This document shows positions 14,601 to 26,704 of a DNA stretch of 64,000 bases, in pieces. Made by a program: the position numbers and the translations under genes. The notes under the pieces were generated by a model. It searched no databases. It was not told the DNA's origin and saw only the letters and a program-made list of their open reading frames with translations. This DNA comes from the human T2T-CHM13v2.0 reference genome, Homo sapiens: the NCBI RefSeq assembly GCF_009914755.1, contig NC_060937.1; one strand, 5' to 3'. How positions within the stretch are numbered: the stretch's first letter is position 1; each line of letters opens with the position of its first letter.

Positions 14601-17600
14601 CATTTCTAGTGCTAGAAAAATACATCATGGTATGGTGGGTGTGTGAATGAAATTTTTTTATTCATTTGTGCCTAGCTGAAAGACCTAATCACCATCTGTT
14701 TTTGTTTGAATACAATTATTTGCATTACGCTTGCAAGCTCCCAAAAACTAACGGCAGAACAGTCATTATAAGAAATGGCCAGATTCCTTTAAAGTAACAA
14801 CTTGAGAAAGTCACATTCTGTATTTGGTATACTTGAGTTAGAACAAAATGAAAAATCAAAAAGTAGAAAAATGAGTTTCTAATTTCTCCGAATATTAATG
14901 CAATGTAGCCATTGGTAGCCTATTTAATATAGTTGATGATTCTAACAATTCGCTGAAAGTCAGTTGATGATTAGCAAGTGCCAACAAAGTGAAAGCATTC
15001 CAGGGATTCACTGAATAGTAAAAATTATACCAATTTTTCCACATGAGAAGGATACTAGATAGAAAAATGTAGATATTATAGTCTGAAAACAAAAATCAAA
15101 ATAAATCAAACAGTATGTATAAAATATCTTGCCATTTAAAAAATATCCAATGTCAAAAACTACATGCATGTAGCAAATCTTTGCTCTGCACATACTAAAT
15201 ACGGTATGTGGGGGGATACAAAGACATTTAAAATATAGGCCAAGAACTCACAATACTTAAAATCTGTTTGAAAGGAAAAGCTAAGTATGTAAAAAGCTAA
15301 ACAAGAATAATTTATTTTAGTAAGAATTTGAAACAGTAAAAAGACTAAGAGAGCAGAGTGTGATTAAAAGCAATTGTATGAATCATTCTGAGTCAGAGGA
15401 AGAACAGATGAAGCATTTAAAAGATGAAAAGGATGTAGATGAATGAAGAATAAGGCTACGTATTGTCAGATTGCATGAGAGAAAGCTTGAGGGAGGGAAA
15501 GGCTTTTGGGCACAGTGAGCATTCCAGTTTGGCCAGGCTCCCTTTTTATGTGGAAGGTTTAATGCCCAGCTCCTTGGATTGGGAGTTAGGAGTCCTGGGC
15601 TGTAGACAAATTTTTGCAATTTTCCAGCCAATAATTCCTGATCAAACAACCTTTCTTCTTAACCAATCCAGCTTTCTTCTCTAGCCAATTTTCCTCATTT
15701 GAAGCATGAGCATATTTTTACCTGAATTTCTTACCTTATGGCATGTTTTTTGAGTAACAAATAATATGATCTATATAAAAGCACTTTAAAAACCAAGCAA
15801 AAGAAAAATAAGAGTCATTGGCAGTAGAGCCTGGATAAACGAGCTTGAAGCACATTTATTTGATAGGAAGCACCTGGATGTTTTTGAATAAGAGAATTAA
15901 ATAATCAGAGCAGTGTTTCAAGGTTATTAATGATATAGCAGTGTACGTGAAAAGAAATGTAGGGTAAGGAGGTGAGGCTAGAAAGGAAAGGACTCACTGC
16001 TAAGAAAAACCTGACATAACTAGGACATCACAGAGGGAGGAAGGAGGAGAGGGATTGAAAAAAAATCTACGTTCAAAAAAGATTGTGCGTGGAAGCTCCA
16101 AAAAACTGAGGTACCATTATAGGAGGTTAGGAGAAGGAATTAGTCTAGGGAAAGAAAGATGGAAGAAGATGAGACTCTATTTAAACATACTAAGATAGAG
16201 CTACCTGCAGGGCATGCAGGTGAAACCAGGCAATAGGCCGGTAAAATACAGAACTAACTAAGCTGAAGTTTGAGATTTATAAGTCACATGTCTGATGGTG
16301 GCAGTTGAAATAAGGAGGGTAGATGACATCTACAAGAAAGAGAAGAGAGGGTGAAGAAAGTCAATTACTTGCAGTAGAATTTTATCTATAGTTATAATAA
16401 ATTGAGTATGTGAAGTGGAATAATGAAAGGTTACCAGACTATATTTCTACTAAATATTAATGTATAGATTTTTTGGCTGTTAGCTACAAATAGTAATTAT
16501 CACTTGTTATATATTAAGAAAATTGTGAAAATGTGCGGTATTAAGTACATTAATGGAATTGTCAAATAATAAATATACCTTTAGGCCCTTTTAAATAAGC
16601 TGTTATTAAATCTTGACTATTAAAAATAGAAATTAAAATACTGTTGTGTGGTTTCATTCCATCATTTTGTAACTCATTTCAGGTAAATTTAAACCACTTT
16701 TTTGATAGTCATTTAACATCTTTTTTTTTTTTTGTAATAGTTTCCGGAGAAAGGTTGCAAAATTACAGGATTCATTCACTTTTAACAAACACATGAGTGG
16801 GAGAGGGTAGGAAAAAAATGAACATTGTGAGGGTGAGTGAGTCATTCACTAAATACAAGTAGGAGGGTCCAGAGAAGAGAGACTTCTCCATGTTTCACTT
16901 GTGGGAGGACTTGTGGCCCCATGAATCCCAATTTCTAGCCCTTTCTACTTAATTCTAAACTTTGATTCAGAACCCACCAGGCCAGCTGTTTATGGAGAAT
17001 AGTTTTATAAGGGAGGAAGTGCGCAGTGCACAGATTAAAAGAAAAGCAAATTTGAGCTTCCTGAAGCTGGATGCCCATATCTCTCCTAGAACTTGGGAAG
17101 TTTTCTGATATGTCTGTAATACCTCAGAGATGTTGAGAGTTTGGTTCCAGACCGCTACAATAAAGCAACTATTGCAATAAAGCAAGTCACACAAACTTTT
17201 CATTTTCCCCGGCATGTAAAACTTATGCTTACAGTATGCAATAGTCTATTAAGTATGCAATAGTATTGTGTCTAAAAATGTACATACCTTAAATAAAAAA
17301 TACTTAAAATACTTTATTGCCAAAAAATGCTAATGATTGTCAGAGCCTTCAGTAATTTGTAATCTTTTTGCTGGTGTAGGTTCTTGTCTCAATGTTGATG
17401 GCTGCTTATGGATCAGGGTTGCGGAAGGTTGGGATGGTTGTGGTAATTACTTAAAATAAGACAACAATGAAGTATCTGCACCTTGTGATACTATTTGATA
17501 GCATTTTACTCACAGTAGAACTTCATTCAAAATTGGAGTAAATTCTTTCAAACTCTGTCACTGCTTTATCAGCTAAGTATATATAATAAACTAAATCCTT

Positions 17601-17901
17601 TGTTGTCATTTGAACAATGTTTACAGCATCTTCACCAAAAGTAGATTCCATCTCAAGAAACCACTTTCTTTCCTTATTCATTAGAAGCAACTTCTCATCC
17701 ACTCAGGTTTTATGATAAGATTGCAGTGATTGAGTCATATTGTCAGGCTCCAATTCTAGCTCTCTTGCTTTTTTTGCCACATCTGTAGTTACTTCCTCCA
17801 CTGAAGTCTTGAACCCCTCAATGTCATCCATGAGGGTTTGAATAAATTTTTTTCAACCCCCTGCTCATGTTGATATTTTGACCTTTTTGCAGAGATCTTG
17901 T

Positions 17902-17906
<5 letters not shown>

Positions 17907-17970
<64 letters not shown>
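17907..17970. repeat. (AT)32 microsatellite
   Basis: Perfect 64-bp AT run. Confidence 0.98.
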
Positions 17971-17975
<5 letters not shown>

Positions 17976-18127
17976 GTTTTGTTTTGTTTTGTTTTTTGCA
18001 GAGACAAGATCTCACTATGTTGCCCAGGCTGGTCTCAAACTCCTGGGCTCAAGCAATCCTCTGACCTCAGCCTCCCAAATTACTGGGATGATAGCTGGGA
18101 TTATAGGCATGAGCCACCACACCCAGC
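17976..18127 (-). mobile_element. FLAM_C / Alu left monomer inside Tigger1
   Basis: (GTTTT)n tail followed by gagacaagatctcactatgttgcccaggctggtctcaaactcctgggctcaag... Confidence 0.85.
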
Positions 18128-19699
18128 AAATTACATATATTCTTAACGACATCTAGAATGGTGAATTTTTCCAGAGAGTTTTCTACTTTCTTTGACCAGA
18201 TCTATCAGATAAATCACTGTCTATGGCAGCTATAGCCTTACAAAATGTATTTTTTAAATGATAAGACTTCAAAGTTGAAATGACTCCTTAATCCATGGGC
18301 TGCAGAATGGATGTTATATTAGCATATTTAAAAACAACATTAATATTCTTATATATCTCTATCAGAGCTATTGGGTAACTAAGTGCATTGTAAATGGGAA
18401 GTAATATTTTTAAAGCAGTCCTTTTTTCTGGGCAGTAAGTCTCAATGGTCAGCTTAAAATATTCATTAAACTATGTTGTAAACGGATGTACTGTCATCTA
18501 GGCTTTGTTGCTCCATTTACAGAGCACAGAGTAAATTTAGAATAATTCTTAAATTACCTAAGGTTTTCTGATTGGTAAATGACCGTTGGCTTCAACCTAA
18601 AGTTACCAGCTGCATTAGCCCCTAATAAGAGAGTCAGGCTTTCCGTTGAAGCTTTGAAGCCAGGCATTGAATTCTCTTATTTGGCTACGAAAGTCCTAGA
18701 TGGCTTCTTCTTCAAATATAAGGCTGTTTTTTCTCCAATGAAAATGTTATTTAGTGTAGCCCTCTTCATCCTTCATTTTAGTGAGATCTTCTGGATAACT
18801 TGCTACAGCTTCTACGTCAGCACTTGCTGCTTTACCTTGCACTTTAATGATTTAGAGACGGCTTCTTTCCCTAAACCTCATGAAGGAACCTCTGTTAGCT
18901 CCCAACTTTTCTTCTGAAGCTTCCTCGCCCCTCTCAGAATTGAAGAGAGTTAAGGCCTTGCTCTGAATTAGGCTTTGACTTAAGGGGATGTTTTGGCTGG
19001 TTTGATATTCTATCCCAACCACTCAAACTTTCTCCGTATCATCAAAATGGCTATTTCGCTTTCTTATCATTTGTGTGTTCACTGGAATAGCATTTTAAAT
19101 GTCCTTCAAGAGCTATTCCTTTCCATTCACAACTTGGATAACTGTTGGGCACAAGAGGCTGGTTTCAGTTTTTGACATACCTTCCTCACTAAGCTTAATC
19201 ATTTTTAGCTTTTGATTTAAAGTGAGAGACATGAAACTCTTCTTTTCACTTGAATACTTAGAAGCTATTGTAAGCTTATTAATTGGCCTGATTTCAGTAT
19301 TGTTGTGTCTCAGGGAATACAGAGGCCCAAGGAAAGGGAGACTAATGGGAGAACAGCTGATTGGTGGAACACTCAGGACAAATGCATCATTTATCAATTA
19401 AGTTTGACCTCTTCTATGGGCGCTGTTTGTGGCACCCCAAAATAATTACAATAGTAACATCAAAGATCACTGATCATAGGACACTATAACAACTGTAATA
19501 ATAATAAGTTTGAAATATTCTGAAAATTTTCAAAACGTGCTGCAGAGAAACAAAGTGAGAGCACATGCTGTTGGAAAAATGATGCAGATAGACTTGCTTG
19601 CCACAGGTCTTCAATATGTTAAAAATAAAAACCCAAAAAACAAAATCTGTGAAGAACAATAAAGCAAAACACAATATAAGGAGGTATGTCTGTGTTTCA

Positions 19700-20038
19700 T
19701 TAAACAGGTTTTTGGGTTTTTGGTGCTTTTCTCCATCTCTTCTCCATCTGACATTCTTCTGACGGAAATACCTGTTCACTTATTTATGTCCTGTTAAGTT
19801 CCATAGGCTTTATTTTTTCATTTTTTAAAATTGTTATTTTTTTTCTTTGACGGATTATCTTAAAAGCCTTGTCTTCAAGTTCAGAAATTCTTCTGCTTGA
19901 TCTAGTTTATTTTTTATACTCTCAGTAGTATTTTTTATATCATTCATTGAATTTTTCAGCTCCAAGATTTCTGTTTGGTTCATTTTAATGATATATATCT
20001 ACTTGGGGAGTTTATCATCCAGATCCTGAATTGTTTTT
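19700..20038 (-). mobile_element. Old L1 ORF1-region fragment (host element; resumes at 25926-26070)
   Basis: tgtcttcaagttcagaaattcttctgcttgatctag matches the L1M ORF1 antisense sequence also seen at ~11790. Confidence 0.7.
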
Positions 20039-23000
20039 TAAATTTTCTTTTTTTTTTAAATTTTTGCAGGTACGTAGTAGGTGTATATATTTTTGTTTTG
20101 GCTGCCTGTGCTTATGGGGTATTGTGCAAGAGATTTTTTGCCCTGACCAATGTCCTGGAGAGTTTCCACAAAATATTCTTGTAGTAGTTTTATAGTTTGA
20201 GGTCTTAAATTTAAGTCTTTAATCCATTTTTATTTGATGTTTGTATAAGGCGAGAGATAGGGATTAAGTTTCATTATTCTGCATATGAATATTCAGTTTT
20301 CCCAGAACAATTTATTGAAGAGACTTTTTCCCAAAGTATGTTCTCAGCACCTTTGTCAGAAAATGAGTTTACTGTAGGTGTACGGATTGGTTTTTTGGGT
20401 TATCTTTTTTGTTTCATTGGTCTAAGTGTCTGTAGATAGTACCAAGTTAGTACCATGCTGTTTTGATTACAGTCGTTCTGTAGTATAATTTGAAGTGAGT
20501 TAATGTGATTCCTTCAGTTTTGTTCTTTTGCTCAGGAAAGATTTAGCTATTCTGGGTCTTTTGTGATTCCATATAAATTTTAGGATTGTTTTTTCTACTT
20601 CTGTGAAGAATGTTATTGGTATTTTTATAGGGATTGCATTAAATCTATGGATTGCTTTGAGTAGTATGAACATTTAAAAATATTGATTCTTCTAATCTAT
20701 GCACATGAAATATCTTTCCATTTTTGTGTCCTCAATTTCTTTCATCAGTGTTTTATGGTTTTGTTGTAGAGCTCTTTCATTTCTTTGTTTAAGTTGATTC
20801 CTAAGTATTTAATTTTATTTGTGGCTATTGTAAATGAAATTAATTTTTAAATTTCTTTTTCAGATTGTTCAACTTGACATATAGGAATGCTATTGATTTT
20901 TATGTTGATTTTGTATCCTGCAACTCTAATGAATTTATCAGTTATAATATTTTTGGTCGAATTTTTAGGTTTTTTTTCTGAATATAAGATTATATCATCT
21001 GCAAAAAAAGGAAAATTTGATTTCTTTCTTTTCAATTTAGATGACCTTTATTTCTTTCCCTTGCCTGATTGTTCTAGCTGAGACATCCAGTTATATGTTG
21101 GTTAACAGTGGTGAAAGTGGACATCCTTTTCATGTGCCAGATCTCAGAGAAAGGGCTTTCAGGTTTTCCCCATTCAGTATGATGCTAGCTGTGGGTCTGT
21201 TTTATATGGTTTTCATTATGTTGATATATGTTCCGTCTATACCCAGTTTTTTGAGGGTTTTATCATGAAGGATGTTGAACTTCATCAAATGCTTTTTCAG
21301 CATCAATTGAAAAAAACATATGGTTTTTATCCTTTATTCTGTTTATATGATGTAACACATTTATTGATTTGCATATGTTAAACCATCCTTGCATTCCTGG
21401 AATAAATCCTATTTGGTCATGATGAATAATATTTCAAATATATTATTAAATTTGGTTTTCTAGTATTTCATTGAGGATTTTTACATCAATATTCATCAGA
21501 GATATTAGCCCATAGTTTTCTTTTTTTATATGTCTTTATCTGACTTTGGTATCAGGATAATGATAGAATGAGTTTGAAAGTATTCCCTCTTCCCCTATTT
21601 TTCAGAACAGTTTTAATAGGATTAGTATTAGTTCTTCTGTAAATGTTTTGGTAGAATTCAGCAGTGAAGCTGTCAGCTCCCAAGCTTTTCTTTACTGGAA
21701 AACTTTTTATTATGGCTTTAATCTTGTTATTAATCTCTTCAGGTTTGAGATTTCTACACAGTTCAATCTTGGTAAATTAATTTTTTATATTACATTAATT
21801 TTGAATAATTTATCCATTTCTTCTCTGTTTTCCAATTTATTGGCATTTGGTTACTCATAGTCACTAATGATCCTTTGAATTTCTGTGATATTAGTTGTAA
21901 TGCCTCCTTTTTCATCACTGATTTTATTTATTTGGATCTTCTCTCTTTTTTTCTTAGTCTGGCTAACAGTTTTGTCAATGTTGTTTATCAATAACAACTT
22001 TTTGTTTTATTGATCTTGTGTATTATATTCTTCATTTCAAATTCATTTATTTCTGCTCTGATTTTTATTAATTCTTCTACTAATTTTGGTTTAGTTTACT
22101 CTTGCTTTTCTAGTTATTGAACATGAATTATTAGGTTATTTATTTGAAGTTTTTTCTGTTTTTTGATGTAAGCATTTATAGCTATAAGTTTCCCTTTTAG
22201 TACTGCTTTGCTGTATCCCATAGGTTTTGGTATGTTGTGTTTCCATTATCATTTGTTTCAAAAAATTTTTCAGTTTCCTTCTTAATTTCTGCATTGGCCC
22301 ACTGGTCATTCCGGAGCATATTGTTTATTTCCATGTGTTTGTATGGTTTCCAAAGTTTATCTTGTTTTTGATTTGTAGTTTTATTCTATAGTGGTCAGAG
22401 AATATCCTTTATATTATTTCAATTTTTTTGACTGTTTTAAGACTTGTTTTGTGACCTAACGTATGGTCTGTTCTTGAGAATGATTCCTGTTCTGAGGAGA
22501 AAAATATGTATTCTGCAGTTGTTGGATAAATGTAAATATCTATTAGGTCCATTTGTTCTGTAGTGCAGATTAAGTCAGATGTTTCTCCATTGATTTTCTG
22601 TCTAGAAGATCTGTCCAATGCTGAATGTGAAGACTTGAAGTCTCTAGCTGTTATTGCATTGGGCTCCATCTCTCTCTTTAGCTCTAACAATGCTTACTTT
22701 ATATATCTGTGTGCTCCAGTGTTGGGTGCATATATATTTACAATTATTGTATCTTCTTACTGAATTAACCCCTTTATCAGTATACAATGACCTTCTTTGT
22801 CTTTTCTTGCAGTTTTTGTCTTGAAATCTATAGTGTCTTATATAAGTATAGCTACTCCTGCTCTTTTTTGGTTTCCATTCGTGTGGGATATCTTTTTCCA
22901 TTCATTTATTTTCAGTCTATGTGTATCTTTATAAGTGAAGTATGTTTCTTATAGTCAAGAGATCATCGAGTCTTGTTTTTTCGTCCATTCAGCCAGTCTA

Positions 23001-23333
23001 TGTCTTTTTATTGGAGGGTTTGGTCCATTTACATTTAAGGTTATTATTGATAAGTAGGGACTTACTCCTGCCATTTTGTTATTTGTTTTCTGGATGTCTG
23101 GTTGTCGGGTCTTTTCTTCTTTTCTGTCTTCCTTTTAGTGAAAGTGATTTTCTCTGTTGGTACGCTTTAATGTCTTGCTTTTTATTTTTTGTGTATCCAT
23201 TGTATGCTTTTTGATTTGAGATTACCACAAGGCTTGCAAATACTATCTTATAACCTATTATTTTAAACTAATGACAACAACACTGATTGTATAACAACCA
23301 AACAAACATGCACAAGAAAACTAAGAAAAACTA

Positions 23334-23684
<351 letters not shown>

Positions 23685-24203
23685 CTACCGTTTAACTTCA
23701 CCCCTGCCCCTGCCACCTTTTAGCTTTTTGCTGTTTCTTTTTATTTCTTACTGTAGTGTCTATGTTTTTAAAAGTTACAGTTATTATTTTTGATGGATTC
23801 ATCCTGTAGTCTTTCTACTTGAGAGAAGTTTATAACACCACAATTACAGTGTTATACTATTCTGTGTTTTTCTGTCTGCTTCCTATTACCAGTGAGTTTT
23901 GTTCCTTCAGATGATTTCTTCTTGCTCATTAACATCCTTTTCTTTCAGATTGAAGAACCTCCTTTAGCATTTCTCATAGGACAGGTCTGGCATTGATGAA
24001 AGCCCTCAGCTCTTGTTTGCCTGGGAAGGTCTTTATTTCTCCTTCAGTTTTGAAGGATAATTGCGCAAGATATACTATTCTAGGGTAAAAGGTTTTTTTT
24101 CCTTCAGCACTTTAAATATGTCATACCCCTCTCTCCTGTCCTGTAAGGTTTCCACTGTAAAGTCTGCTGCCAGGCATATTGCAGCTTTATTATATGTTAT
24201 TTG

Positions 24204-24331
<128 letters not shown>

Positions 24332-26314
24332 TTGCTGCTTTTAGGATCTTTTCTTTATCCTTGACCTTTGAGAGTTTGATTATTAAATGCCTTGAGGTAG
24401 TCTCCTTTGGGTTAAATTGGTTTGGTGTTCTATAACCTTCTCGTACTTGAATGTTTATCTTTTTCTCTAGGTTTGGGAAGTTCTCTGATATTATCCCTTT
24501 GGATAAACTTTCTACCCCTATCTCTTTCTCTACCTTCTCTTTAAGGCCAATAACTCTTAGGTTTGCCCTTTTGAGGGTCTTTTCTAGATCTTGTAGGTAT
24601 GCTTCACTGCTTTTTATTCTCTTTTGTCTCTTCTGTGTATTTTCAAGTTGCCTATCTTTAAGCTCACTAATTCTTTATCCTGCTTGATCGATTCCAATAT
24701 TAATAGACTCAGATGCATTCTTCATGATGTCGCCTACATTTTTCAAGTCTATAATTTCTGTTTGATTCTTTTTTAATTATTTTAGTCTATTTGTTAAATT
24801 TATCTGATATTCTGAATTCCTTCTCTGTGTTGTCTTAAATTTCTTCAAGTCTCTTCAAAATAGCTCTTTTGAATTCTCTGAGAAGACATACATCTCTGTT
24901 TCTCCAGGATTGGTCCCTGGTGCTTTATATAGTTCATTTGGTGAGGTCTTATTTTCCTGGATGGTATTGATGCTTGTAGATACTTGTCAGTGTCTGGGCA
25001 TTGAAGAGTTAGGTATTTATTGTGGTTTTCACAGTCTGGGCTTATTTGTGCCTGTCCTTCTTTGGAAGACTTTCCAAGTATTCAAAGGCACTTGGGCCTC
25101 AAGCCCAAGACACTGTGATTTTTGCAGACTCATAGAGGTAGCACCTTGGTGGTCTTGGCTGAGATCCAGAGCAGTTCTCTGGATTACAAGGCAGAGGCTC
25201 TTGTTCTTCTCCCTTTCTTTCTGCCAAACATATAGCGTCTCTGTCTCTGTGCTGAGCCACCTGGAACCTGGGGTGTGGTGAGGAAGCACACCTGTGGCCA
25301 CCACTGTTGGAACTATGCTGAGTCACACCTGAAGCCTGTAAAGTACTGAGCCTTGCCCAAGGCCCTTCACTTCAGAATGGCAAGTTTCCCCAGGCCCCAA
25401 ATGTGTCCAGGGATGCTGTCTGGGAGCCAGGGATTAGAATCAAAAACTTTAGCAACTTACCTGATGTTCTATTCTACTGCAGTTAAGCTGATATTCAAAC
25501 CACAATGCAAAGTGCTTGCTGCTCTTCTCTCCCCTTTTCGCAGTCAGAGGAGCCTCTCCCTGGGACCACCACCACCACTGATCCATGGGGGGCTCTACTA
25601 GGCCACCACCAATGTTGGCATAAAGCCCAAGGGCTTTTCTCTTAGCTTGTGGTGAATGCTGGCAGGCACAGGACTCAGCCTTCAGGACAGTGGGCTCCCC
25701 TCTGGCCCAGGGAAGGTTTTGAAGTGCTGTGCAAGAATCTAGACCTTGACTCAGGGACCCTAAGGGCCTGCTTGTTGTTCTACCCCATTGTGGCAGAGCT
25801 GGTGCTGATTTTTGGCTCTTGTGGTGGTGCTTTTCTGTGTACACATGGTTGCTAAAATTTGGTGTTCCTAGGTGGAGGGAACAAATGGTATAGCCTTCTA
25901 TTCCACAATCTTGCTCTACTTCCCATGAATTGTTTTTATTTCATTGCGTTGTTTTACTGGGTTCCTTGTATCTGGCTGTTTCCTTAAGATCATTGTTTTG
26001 AAATTTTCAGGCATTTTGTACATGCCTTTTTCTTTGGTTTCTCTTACTAGAGAAATGTTTTGTTCCCTTGTAGAAGGCAAGAAACAAATCTCAGAATAGA
26101 AAAGAAATGGAAGCTAAAAAAATTCAGAAGATCAACAAAATGAAGAGTTAATTTCTTGAAACAATAACAAACTTGAAAAACCTTTAGCTAGACTAAGAAA
26201 TAAAAGAAGACAAAATTAGATATTAAACAAGAGACATTACAACTGATACCACAGAAATACAAAGGATGATGAGAGGCTGCTATAAACAACTATATGCCAA
26301 CAAATTTGATAACA

Positions 26315-26704
26315 TAGTCCATTTGAGATTACCCGAGGCTGGGTAATTTATAAGGATACGAGGACTATTTGGCACACAGTTCTGCAGGTACAAAAAAGCA
26401 TGGTGCTAGCACCTGTTCAGTTTTTGATGAGGGACTCAGGCTGCTTTCACTCATGGCAGAAGGTAAAGAGGAGCCAGAAGGTGCAAGATCCCATAGTGAG
26501 AGATCCCAAGCTTTTTAACAACCAGCTTTGGGGAGAACTAATAAAATGAGAACTCACTTACATCCACCAAGGGAGGACATTAATCTATTTATGAGGGATC
26601 TGTACCCATAACCCAAACACTTCCCATAGACCCCACCTCTGATATTGAAACCAAATTTCAACATGAGATTTGGTGGGGACAAACAAACCATATCCAAACT
26701 ACAG
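26315..26704 (-). mobile_element. MST-family (MSTB-like) MaLR LTR inserted in L1 ORF2
   Basis: ctgggtaatttataag...cacagttctgcagg...atttcaacatgagatttggtggggacaaacaaaccatatccaaac. L1 sequence resumes in register on both sides. Confidence 0.8.

Larger units (their letters stand above)
17114..19692 (-). mobile_element. Near full-length Tigger1 DNA transposon (decayed transposase)
   Basis: Terminal repeats ctgtaatacctc... / ...gaggtatgtctg. ORF 19113-19397 contains ASKYSSEKKSFMSLTLNQKLKMIKLSEEGMSK, the Tigger1/TIGD1-like N-terminus. About 2.35 kb after removing the FLAM insert. Confidence 0.92.

Noticed and set aside
17789-18146. ORFs with (YI)n runs (also the (SL)n/(YI)n ORFs at 24061-24435)
   Set aside because: Translations of dinucleotide microsatellites.
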